From: Promethearchaeum syntrophicum
GTDB taxonomy: Archaea > Asgardarchaeota > Lokiarchaeia > Sigyniarchaeales > Promethearchaeaceae
NCBI RefSeq assembly: GCF_008000775.2
Contig: NZ_CP042905.2
Span: 2,490,001-2,522,000, forward strand
DNA: 32,000 bases
Direction of reading: 5' to 3'
Shown: positions 19,171 through 27,435 of the stretch, one piece after another
Position numbering within the stretch: position 1 is the stretch's first letter
How the letters are laid out: the number at the start of each line of letters is the position of its first letter
Program-made: the position numbers and the translations under genes
The notes under the pieces: model-generated
Told to the model about the DNA's origin: nothing
The model's database searches: none
What the model saw: only the letters and a program-made list of their open reading frames with translations

Positions 19171-19371
19171 TTATGTTGGAGCGGAATTAAAACATTCTGA
19201 GCAAAGAGCTCCTTTATCACATCGAACACATATATCACTATGACAATGAAGGCAACTACTAAATGTTCCTGGAGTATATTTAATAATATAACCTGAAAGG
19301 AATTTCCTTCCACATCCACCACAGTTAGAAATGAAAGCCCCAACATTTGTATTTTTTTTTTGAATAGTCAT
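19171..19371 (-). CDS. small zinc-ribbon protein
   Basis: Repeated Cys pairs CGGC, CLHC, CVRC, CSEC in 66 aa. Confidence 0.6.
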   Translation of the reverse strand: MTIQKKNTNVGAFISNCGGCGRKFLSGYIIKYTPGTFSSCLHCHSDICVRCDKGALCSECFNSAPT

Positions 19372-19481
19372 TTTCCTACCTCTTCAGTAATTTTAACTTA
19401 AAACTTGATAACACTATAAATGTATAAAATTATACCTTAATATTTTTTTAGAGATCTTGTTCGATCTTTTCTCATATAAAT

Positions 19482-20369
19482 TTGGATTCTAAACACAATT
19501 TAGTCAATTTTATAAGAACTAAATTCACTAATAAGTTAATCATGACCTTCACTATTAATTCAACACTAGAAATGGCTAATTCTGTGAAGATACCCATTTT
19601 TGGATTAGGAACTTATCTTTTAACTGGTAACCAAGGGCAAAAAGCTATTGAATGTGCATTAAAAGTAGGGTATAGATTAATCGATACTGCAACACTCTAT
19701 AATAATGAAAAAATAGTGGGAAATGCATTAAAAAATACTAAAGTTCCTCGTGACCAGGTTTTTATTACTTCTAAAGTTTGGAATTCTGATCAGGGATATT
19801 CGCGAACGTTAAATGCCTTTAATAAAAGTTTAAGCAACCTTGGTGTTGATTTTCTAGATTTATATCTGATCCATTGGCCAGTAGAAGGGAAATGGAAAGA
19901 TACTTGGCATGCTTTAGAAGAACTCTATATTAAGGGAAAAGTTCGGGCAATCGGGGTAAGTAATTTTTATATATCTCATTTGGAAGAACTTCTAAAAATT
20001 GCTTCGATTAAGCCCATGGTAAACCAAATTGAATTCCATCCCTTCTTGTATAAAAAAGATATTTTAGAATATTGTCAAGAAAAGGGGATTGTGCTCGAAT
20101 CTTATGCACCTTTAACTCATGGATATAAAATTAATGATATCAAAAGCCCTCAATTTTTACAGTTGATAGAAAAATACAATAAATCTGCAGCTCAGATAAT
20201 GTTACGTTGGAATATTCAGCTTGGAAACGTAATTATTCCAAAATCGATTAACCCATCTCATATCAAAGAAAACGCAGAAATTTTTGACTTTACAATCTCA
20301 GTTGATGATATGCACTACCTTGATTCATTCAATGAAGATTTCCATAGTGATTGGGATCCTTCGGACTAG
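19482..20369 (+). CDS. aldo/keto reductase; real start may be ATG 19542
   Basis: PIFGLGTYLLTG, GYRLIDTATLYNNE, LDLYLIHWPVEG, VRAIGVSNF, NQIEFHPFL, IPKSINPSHIKEN motifs. Confidence 0.95.
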   Translation: MDSKHNLVNFIRTKFTNKLIMTFTINSTLEMANSVKIPIFGLGTYLLTGNQGQKAIECALKVGYRLIDTATLYNNEKIVGNALKNTKVPRDQVFITSKVWNSDQGYSRTLNAFNKSLSNLGVDFLDLYLIHWPVEGKWKDTWHALEELYIKGKVRAIGVSNFYISHLEELLKIASIKPMVNQIEFHPFLYKKDILEYCQEKGIVLESYAPLTHGYKINDIKSPQFLQLIEKYNKSAAQIMLRWNIQLGNVIIPKSINPSHIKENAEIFDFTISVDDMHYLDSFNEDFHSDWDPSD

Positions 20370-20423
20370 CAAAGAAATATGAAATTTCATCTAATTTTAT
20401 AGTTATGAAAAATATCCAAATTC

Positions 20424-21221
20424 ATGGAAGAAAAATCAAATAAATTAAAATTAATCCTATCTAATGATAATCATTCGCTTTGGTTATCAATTTTATTACA
20501 TCTTTTTCCAGGAATATTAGCTGCACTGGTCTATTTTCCTGTTGCCCAATTATTTTGGAATAATAATATCCCTACTGTGCTTGCTATACATGTTGTTCTG
20601 ATAGTGATTCTCGTTCCATTAGAATTAGGAATAATTCTGTTCAGTCGTAAGAAGAAAACCGACCTAACAGAAAATACCATCTTAAAGATAAAACTTCCCT
20701 CAATTATATTGAATACAAATAAGAATTCCAAAGAAGAGATTATACTTTATTCTTTTCTCTCTTTGTTTTGGGCTGTCTTAATATTGGGTTTTGTAGACAA
20801 GCAACTCGTTGTTTCGGATTGGATTTTTCAAAATTGGTTTAATTGGCTTCCGGAATTTTATGATATGACTGGAGTGTATACCAATCCAGAACAATATTCA
20901 ACCGGAATACGGGTATTAGTTTTAATATTCTCTTTAATTTTCGGAGCAATAATCGGACCTTTTATTGAGGAAATTTATTTCCGAGGATTTCTTATGCCCC
21001 GACTTGTAAAAAATAAATGGTTTGCGCCGGTTCTTAATGCCGTGTTATTCGCATTTTATCATTTATGGACTCCATGGATGATGCCCATGCGTGTTTTAGC
21101 AGTTTTGCCATTTATCTTTTTGGTTTGGTGGAAGAAAGATATAAAAATCGGGATTTATTCTCATATCGCATTGAACCTATTAGGAGATGTGATAATGGTA
21201 ATTCCAATATTTTTCTTTTAA
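20424..21221 (+). CDS. CPBP-family intramembrane metalloprotease
   Basis: Hydrophobic protein with FIEEIYFRGFLMPRL (EExxxR) and later AFYHLWTP and SHIALN histidine motifs. Confidence 0.85.
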   Translation: MEEKSNKLKLILSNDNHSLWLSILLHLFPGILAALVYFPVAQLFWNNNIPTVLAIHVVLIVILVPLELGIILFSRKKKTDLTENTILKIKLPSIILNTNKNSKEEIILYSFLSLFWAVLILGFVDKQLVVSDWIFQNWFNWLPEFYDMTGVYTNPEQYSTGIRVLVLIFSLIFGAIIGPFIEEIYFRGFLMPRLVKNKWFAPVLNAVLFAFYHLWTPWMMPMRVLAVLPFIFLVWWKKDIKIGIYSHIALNLLGDVIMVIPIFFF

Positions 21222-21253
21222 CCAATTTTTTTATATGTTTGATTTCTTTTTTA

Positions 21254-21676
21254 TTACATTTTTTTTTTAAGGGTAGAAAAAAACTGAGTCCGATCAAAAT
21301 AAACCTCATTTCTCTTAATTTTTCTTTTATTTGAAGGCTCTAATTCTACAATATCCATTCCATATTCAATTATTTGCTCGGTTCCAATCGGGATCGTAGA
21401 TTTCCACTTGAAATTAAATCCTTTTTCTGTGGGAAATAATTCAATAAGCTCCCATTTCCAGTTTGGGTTTCTCTTCAGGAGTTTCTCAAAATAATTCAAA
21501 AGGTGTTCACACCCATTGATTCCTTCTGAATTTGCAGGATCCCTATAATATGTATCATCTGCATAAAAATCAATCAAATTTTTGGGTTTATTTCCAGTCC
21601 ATGCATTTAACCATTCATTGCAAAAAAGTTCCAGATTTTCTTGATTTTCCAAATTTTCTGCTTCTTTCACCATCAT
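21254..21676 (-). CDS. SnoaL-like / NTF2-like domain protein
   Basis: FCNEWLNAWTGNKPKNLIDFYADDTYYRDPA...G.EHLLNYFEKLLKRNPNWKWE pattern typical of SnoaL-like folds. Confidence 0.75.
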   Translation of the reverse strand: MMVKEAENLENQENLELFCNEWLNAWTGNKPKNLIDFYADDTYYRDPANSEGINGCEHLLNYFEKLLKRNPNWKWELIELFPTEKGFNFKWKSTIPIGTEQIIEYGMDIVELEPSNKRKIKRNEVYFDRTQFFSTLKKKM

Positions 21677-21785
21677 TATTGAACACTTAAGAAATGCTTG
21701 TAGTCTTTTTTTTTTATATCTTTCGTTTTATAATAGAAGCGTTTTTTGGGAATTATGGATTATAGTAATTAACTATTTTTAATAT

Positions 21786-21878
21786 GGCTCCGAGCGGTCA
21801 GAGTGGTCTTTGACGCCGGACTTCAAATCCGGTCTATCCTCAAACGATTGGGGGTTCGATTCCCCCTCAGAGCCGCCA
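21786..21878 (+). tRNA. selC: tRNA-Sec (anticodon UCA), 93 nt including encoded CCA
   Basis: Acceptor GGCTCCGAG/CTCAGAGCC (9 positions, one C-A mismatch), D stem GTCAGA/TTTGAC, anticodon arm CCGGA-CTTCAAA-TCCGG with TCA at 21823-21825, 18-nt variable region, T arm GGGG-TTCGATT-CCCC, discriminator G, CCA. Confidence 0.88.
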
Positions 21879-22157
21879 AAATCCGACTCAATTTGTTTCA
21901 TAGGTTTGCTCCAAAATATTATAGCTGTGGTCATTTAATAAGACTTATTTTAATTTTTTTTTTTAACAACAAGTTTCTTCCATTTTTAAGGCAAATATTG
22001 GATATATAATCATAGATTTTCCACAAAATGAAAAATTTAATCCAAATAATTTAAATTTTGAATCTATCCTATTCTTTGATATTCACCCAATATCTCCTAA
22101 AATTGATAATATTTTTTCAACTCAATTTGATTACTAAATAGTACTAATATTTATTTG

Positions 22158-22178
22158 ATTGTAATTACATTGTAATTA
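22158..22178 (+). promoter_or_regulatory. tandem ATTGTAATTA direct repeat, candidate MazEF operator
   Basis: ATTGTAATTA-C-ATTGTAATTA ends 1 bp before the ATG at 22180; includes palindrome TGTAATTACA. Confidence 0.45.
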
Positions 22179-22179
22179 T

Positions 22180-22434
22180 ATGGAAGTCATAAAAACAAAA
22201 CTTATTCAAATTGGAAATTCTAAAGGAATCCGAATACCGAAACACATTTTGGAACGTCTGAACCTACAAAATAAAATAGAACTTATAATTGATGATAAAA
22301 TCAATCAAATTCACATTAAATCAATCGAGACTCCCCGAAAGAATTGGGAAGATGCTTTTCAAAAAATGCATGAAAACCGAGATGATGATCTTTTAATTGA
22401 TGATGGAATTGACTTAGATGCTTTGGATTGGTGA
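22180..22434 (+). CDS. SpoVT-AbrB / MazE-like antitoxin
   Basis: KLIQIGNSKGIRIPKHILERLNLQNKIELIIDD AbrB-like swapped-hairpin pattern; directly upstream of MazF-like ORF. Confidence 0.88.
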   Translation: MEVIKTKLIQIGNSKGIRIPKHILERLNLQNKIELIIDDKINQIHIKSIETPRKNWEDAFQKMHENRDDDLLIDDGIDLDALDW

Positions 22435-22470
22435 GTAAAAATTCCTTGGCATAAAATCAAACAATATTCT

Positions 22471-22773
22471 GTGTATTTATTGAATTTAGATCCTACAGTA
22501 GGACATGAGATAAAAAAAACTAGACCATGTGTGGTAATATCTCCAGATGAGATGAATAAACATTTAAAAACAATTATTATTGCTCCTATGACTACTAAAT
22601 CTCAAGACTATCCAACCAGAATCAAAATAAAATTTGCAGGAAAAATGGGATGGTTAGTTGTCGATCAAATCCGTACAGTTGATAGAATACGATTTGTTAA
22701 AAAGATGGGAACAATTAGTTCAAGTTCTATTAAAGAGCTAAAAAAAAAGGTTCAAGAAATGTTAGTAGATTAA
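22471..22773 (+). CDS. MazF-like toxin (GTG start as called; N-terminus may extend to about 22435)
   Basis: LLNLDPTVGHEIKKTRPCVVISPDEMN, KTIIIAPMTT, GWLVVDQIRTVDRIRF. Confidence 0.9.
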   Translation: MYLLNLDPTVGHEIKKTRPCVVISPDEMNKHLKTIIIAPMTTKSQDYPTRIKIKFAGKMGWLVVDQIRTVDRIRFVKKMGTISSSSIKELKKKVQEMLVD

Positions 22774-22790
22774 TAGATGAAGATGTTTAT

Positions 22791-22810
22791 GTCCGACAAA
22801 GTCGGACTTT
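22791..22810 (+). terminator. short perfect hairpin after mazF
   Basis: GTCCGAC-AAA-GTCGGAC followed by TTT. Confidence 0.4.
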
Positions 22811-22985
22811 AAGAAATATTCCCCCTCAGGACCGCCATTATTGTCTGCTAAATAATTATTCTCAATATGATACATCAAGAAAAGAAGATCTTATGGGTTT
22901 AATTTAAGAGGAAAAAAAGGTTATGAGAATTATCTCATAAATTATTACGGGTTAGGCAAGTTAAAAGATAAAAAAACAGAGATTA

Positions 22986-23090
22986 TTATTTCTTCTTATC
23001 ATTTATCCCTATTGTATTAAATTTGGCTGCCTTCTTTTTAGTAGCTCGATTAATTTCGGATTTTTTTTTACGGGGTGAATTCTTCGCCAT
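22986..23090 (-). CDS. possible 34-aa highly basic small protein
   Basis: Manual translation MAKNSPRKKKSEINRATKKKAAKFNTIGINDKKK*; short, so weak support. Confidence 0.25.
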   Translation of the reverse strand: MAKNSPRKKKSEINRATKKKAAKFNTIGINDKKK

Positions 23091-23417
23091 GTTAATATCG
23101 ACTCCTATCTGGAATAAAGGAATATATCCAATAATGTTTTCGATTTTTTGCTATAATGGGAAAAAATTTTTACCAAATTGATGAAAACTTTTAAATTACG
23201 TGAAAAAGCATTGTCTTCATGCTAGTATATTGAAAATAATTTCTTTTTTGTTAAAACGATACAATTTTCAAGAAAATGTGATTGAATGGGGCAAATTCCT
23301 TTTATAGATATTGATTTAACTCAAAAAAATGGGGTAAATTATTGTTTAACCATAAAATACCAATATATTACCTGATTTTTTAACACTTATTTAATTTAAC
23401 TATAGGTAAACTAAACC

Positions 23418-24863
23418 CTAATAGCGGGTAAATTTGGCAAAAAAGAAACCTTGAGTATGATGTTTAGCGGGAAAAATTCGCCCTAACCCAATAATTCTTT
23501 TTTCTTGAGTGGAAATCAATGTTTTCAGAGATTCATTGATAAAATATGGAGGAGAAATACCTTTAATTAAAGGTTGAGGAGTCAAATCTTGAAACCAAGG
23601 CTTGTTAATTAATTTATTTATCTGATATTCCCCTTCCTCGGGATATAAACTGCAAGTTGCATAGACCAAGGTCGTTCCCATTTGTATATAATTTTTAAGC
23701 TGTTTCAAGATTTTTTCTTGAATAATAACATTTTTTAGCAAAATGTGTTTATTTTGGTGCCACTTCATCTCAGGATCATTTAAAAAAGTACCTGATCCCG
23801 AACATGGAGCATCTAACAGAATTTTATCAAACAAGGGTCGCTCAGAATTAACTCCAACTCGCAAAGGTAATTTCGCTCCATCCCATTGGATGAGGTGGGT
23901 GTTTTTTGTATTCAATTGATCCAGTAATTTTTTAGTTTTTTTAAGACGGTCTCGGTGGATATCCCCGCTGATAATTACACTTTGAAAGAGGGTCAATTCT
24001 TGGATTAATCTTGTTTTCATCCCTGGAGCGGCAGCAACATCTAGAATTAGTTCCATAGGTTGTGGATCGATTAATAAACATGCTATAACTGCGGATTTAT
24101 CTTGAAAAATTATTTTATTTGATTGATATAATTGAGATTTTGAGACAAGATTGCGTTGATCCATTGGAATATGAATTAGAAAGGGGATATCAGAATCAAT
24201 TTTAGTCTTAATCCCATTTTCATGCATATATTGAAGACATTTATCTCTGGTTAAAGTAACCCATTTTTCATCATTTCCTTTGTCGAGAACTATTCTGAGC
24301 GTGATAAAATTGTGATCCTTAAAAGGATTCATTGCTTTAGCATTGGCTTGTATTTTTTGTTCTGACATGACTGGGATTAAGTGTTCCACAAAAAAAGAAG
24401 GAACTGCTTGAGATATACTTATTTTTTCTGATAAGGGTTTATTTTTAAGGGCGATTTCCCAAGAAAAATGGCTAAATTTCTCTAAGAATTGGAATAAGAG
24501 GGAATTCCAAACAGGGATTGTATGATCAGGGAATGTTGCCTGGAGATCATCAAATTCTTTTTGAAGATATTTATGTGAAACATGCTTCCAATGCATACAA
24601 TATACACAATAGTACAATTCGGACCGTTGTAAAGTTGTTATTGAGCCTAAATTCAAAGCACGTAAGGTTTTTTGAGTTGCAAATTGAATTTTATTAAACC
24701 ATCTTATGATTCCTCGTAAATCCTGTATAATCACTGAATAGGTTTTCTGAGGGATAAAATGTTTATCATCCCGATTATGCAGCCTAGATTCTAATGAATA
24801 GTTGGAGTATTCCAAATAATCCGTGAGAATTTCGAGACATTTTTTTAACGCGTAGGGATCCAC
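23418..24863 (-). CDS. NOL1/NOP2/Sun-family RNA m5C methyltransferase (RsmB-like)
   Basis: LDVAAAPGMKTRLIQEL SAM motif, LLDAPCSGSGTF, VYATCSLYPEEGEYQI. Confidence 0.9.
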   Translation of the reverse strand: MDPYALKKCLEILTDYLEYSNYSLESRLHNRDDKHFIPQKTYSVIIQDLRGIIRWFNKIQFATQKTLRALNLGSITTLQRSELYYCVYCMHWKHVSHKYLQKEFDDLQATFPDHTIPVWNSLLFQFLEKFSHFSWEIALKNKPLSEKISISQAVPSFFVEHLIPVMSEQKIQANAKAMNPFKDHNFITLRIVLDKGNDEKWVTLTRDKCLQYMHENGIKTKIDSDIPFLIHIPMDQRNLVSKSQLYQSNKIIFQDKSAVIACLLIDPQPMELILDVAAAPGMKTRLIQELTLFQSVIISGDIHRDRLKKTKKLLDQLNTKNTHLIQWDGAKLPLRVGVNSERPLFDKILLDAPCSGSGTFLNDPEMKWHQNKHILLKNVIIQEKILKQLKNYIQMGTTLVYATCSLYPEEGEYQINKLINKPWFQDLTPQPLIKGISPPYFINESLKTLISTQEKRIIGLGRIFPAKHHTQGFFFAKFTRY

Positions 24864-25236
24864 TATTATTTATATAGGAACACTCTCCTATTCTTATAAT
24901 TATCGAAAAGTAATTTTTAAACTCCCAAGATTCCCCCCCAGAACCGCCATTATTGTGATACTAGAGTAAATTCTTTGAATCAAGGTAATTATCTATTCTT
25001 TTTTCTCATACATTGATTTAACTCTAGTTAAACTTCAGTTTTGTTAAAAAATAAAAAATGAATTCTCATGGAATAATGGTTATTATTCTTAATCTTTACA
25101 ATGAGTAAATTTACATCCGTATTTCCTGGAGAAAAGGTCAATATAATGAACCAACGATTTTGTAAAATGGAATAATTAATTCTAATAATTATTAATTTCT
25201 TTCAGATTATATGAAAAATTAATTTTTCAATGGAGT

Positions 25237-25701
25237 ATGAAAATGAAAGCCAAATTATTAAAAATAATTATGAACATATGGCCTCCATTTAATGGAGCCG
25301 GTATTAAAGTCAAATATATTGCTAAGGACTTCAAAGAGGTAATTGTTATGATGAAACTAAAATGGTTCAACCGTAACTATGTAGGAACTCATTATGGAGG
25401 TAGTCTCTATTCTATGATAGATCCTTTTTATATGCTGATGCTTCTCAATAATTTTGGTGAGGATTATATTGTATGGGACAAATCCGCTGAAATTGATTTT
25501 ATCGCACCAGGAAAAGGTACGGTAAAAGCACGTTTCATCCTTACCGATGAAAAAATTGAAAAAATAAAAAGCGAAACTGTCAAATGTGACAAATATATTG
25601 CCGAATTACCAATTAACATAAATGACAAAAATGGAGAAATTGTTGCAAAAGCAAAAAAATTTGTGTATATACGGTTAAAAAAACGAGTTTGTATAACTTA
25701 G
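25237..25701 (+). CDS. DUF4442-type hotdog thioesterase-like protein
   Basis: NRNYVGTHYGGSLYSMIDPFYMLMLLNNFGEDYIVWDKSAEIDFIAPGKGTVKARF pattern. Confidence 0.7.
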   Translation: MKMKAKLLKIIMNIWPPFNGAGIKVKYIAKDFKEVIVMMKLKWFNRNYVGTHYGGSLYSMIDPFYMLMLLNNFGEDYIVWDKSAEIDFIAPGKGTVKARFILTDEKIEKIKSETVKCDKYIAELPININDKNGEIVAKAKKFVYIRLKKRVCIT

Positions 25702-26100
25702 TGATTAAATAGATAATTTTTATTTCACGTAATTAAGGATTTTATTATTAATATCATTTAATTAAAAAACCGATTCCCCTTGAGAGCTGTCATTATTTTA
25801 TTCCCGATAACAAATAATTACATAATATAGTGTGAAATTACTTTGGGAGTGATTCTCAAAAAAAATTACAAATTGGTGATAAAAACCTAATTATTCAATG
25901 TGTTCAATCCCAATTCTTAACAGATTCAATCTTTTTTTATTTGGAGTTCTTGAATAATAATAACTTCGACTCATATTTTAAAATTTTAGATAATTATAGG
26001 ATTCATCAGGCAATTTTTATCATGGGTTGATCTGTATAATTTTTTTGAATATAGAGTTTCGTTGTTAGTAACTTAGCTATTTATTTGGATTTTATTTTAA

Positions 26101-26538
26101 TTATATTCTTTGTCTCTCTTTAATTTTATTTTTAAAAGATTCATAAATAGGTGCTGCTTTGGCTTCTTCTTTCTTGAATCTATAGAAAAGGAATATTGTA
26201 GGCAGAATCCCTAAAATAAATCCAATACTTCCTGACAAAATTTGTGAGTTATTAGAGAACATTAGTCCACTTACTGCCCTTATTGCACAATATATATCAA
26301 AAATAACTAATCCTATAAAAATACAAGATACAATGGAGAATTTAGGTTGACTAGATTTTAATTGTTGATATTCATCTTTAGTGAGTAAATTTTTACAATG
26401 TGTGCACATCCCTAAATCCACACATTCATAACAAATTGACCTTCCACAAATTTTACACTTGAGTGGCTCTGTAGCATGTGCAATATGAGTGAATGCATGG
26501 CAATTAGGACATTGATACATCAAATATTTAACTTTCAT
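26101..26538 (-). CDS. zinc-ribbon plus two-TM membrane protein
   Basis: CPNC, CKIC, CYEC, CTHC pairs followed by two hydrophobic segments. Confidence 0.7.
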   Translation of the reverse strand: MKVKYLMYQCPNCHAFTHIAHATEPLKCKICGRSICYECVDLGMCTHCKNLLTKDEYQQLKSSQPKFSIVSCIFIGLVIFDIYCAIRAVSGLMFSNNSQILSGSIGFILGILPTIFLFYRFKKEEAKAAPIYESFKNKIKERQRI

Positions 26539-26826
26539 AATAATGATTAATTGTGAAGAATTAAAAAACCTATATGTATTTAATCTCTCTTATTTAATTC
26601 ATTGTAAATATTCTGACTGAATAATTAAGGTTTTTCGATTAGAGTATTTTTTCATTCCATTCCTCTAAATTAGAATTAATAAAGAAAATAAAGATTTTTT
26701 ACTTTATCTCCGAAATGACGCGCTTAAATATAGATTCCTCTTCAAAGCCACCATGAAACATTTCATTTAAAAAACTAACTCCTTAGATCATTAAATTTTA
26801 ATTATATTTTTTTTTTTAAAAGAAAA

Positions 26827-27234
26827 ATGAATGATATGCCAGATCCATTAGCTTCTATTAAAAATTTGGAAAATATAGAATTTAAATCTTTGATTGCATA
26901 TCTTAAGGAGGTTCTAGCTGTTTCACAGATCAGTTGTGGATATTATGATGATAAAACTTGCAGGATTTAATTAATAATCGATATTGATCATGAATTAGTA
27001 TGGAAGGTAGTTCAAGAATTTGGGTACGTGTTGAATTATGTCTCATTATCTGAACAATTGCCTACAATCTTTAAACAAGTATCACCTCCAACTTACATGA
27101 ATGGAAGTCCGGGAGAGTTTTTATCTTAGGTTATAGAAACTACCGATTCAAAATTTACTCCTGATCTGATAAGAGAATGGTTGTAGGGAAGATTACCTCG
27201 GAGTGGAACAATCGTGATTAATCCAAATATTTGA
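26827..27234 (+). pseudogene. single-frame pseudogene with three in-frame stops
   Basis: MNDMPDPLASIKNLENIEFKSLIAYLKEVLAVSQISCGYYDDKTCRI*LIIDIDHELVWKVVQEFGYVLNYVSLSEQLPTIFKQVSPPTYMNGSPGEFLS*VIETTDSKFTPDLIREWL*GRLPRSGTIVINPNI*; coding-like over 136 codons with TAA, TAG, TAG. Confidence 0.5.
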
Positions 27235-27435
27235 TATTATTAATTTTTACGAAATAGCAGAAATCTATAAACATTTTAAGTTCAAATAGATAAATAAAAA
27301 ATAAAAGGTTGTGAATAAATTTAATGAAATGGAAATAATTTATTCGTTATAATCTGATTTTTAAAAAATTGGATTTCTTCAGTAAAAATTTCGAAGTATC
27401 CAAAAAATTAATGAATTAAAAGGAAATGAATTTTT

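Noticed and set aside
26827-27234. In-frame TAG codons read as possible pyrrolysine
   Set aside because: A TAA stop also interrupts the same frame and no Pyl machinery is visible in the window; a pseudogene is simpler
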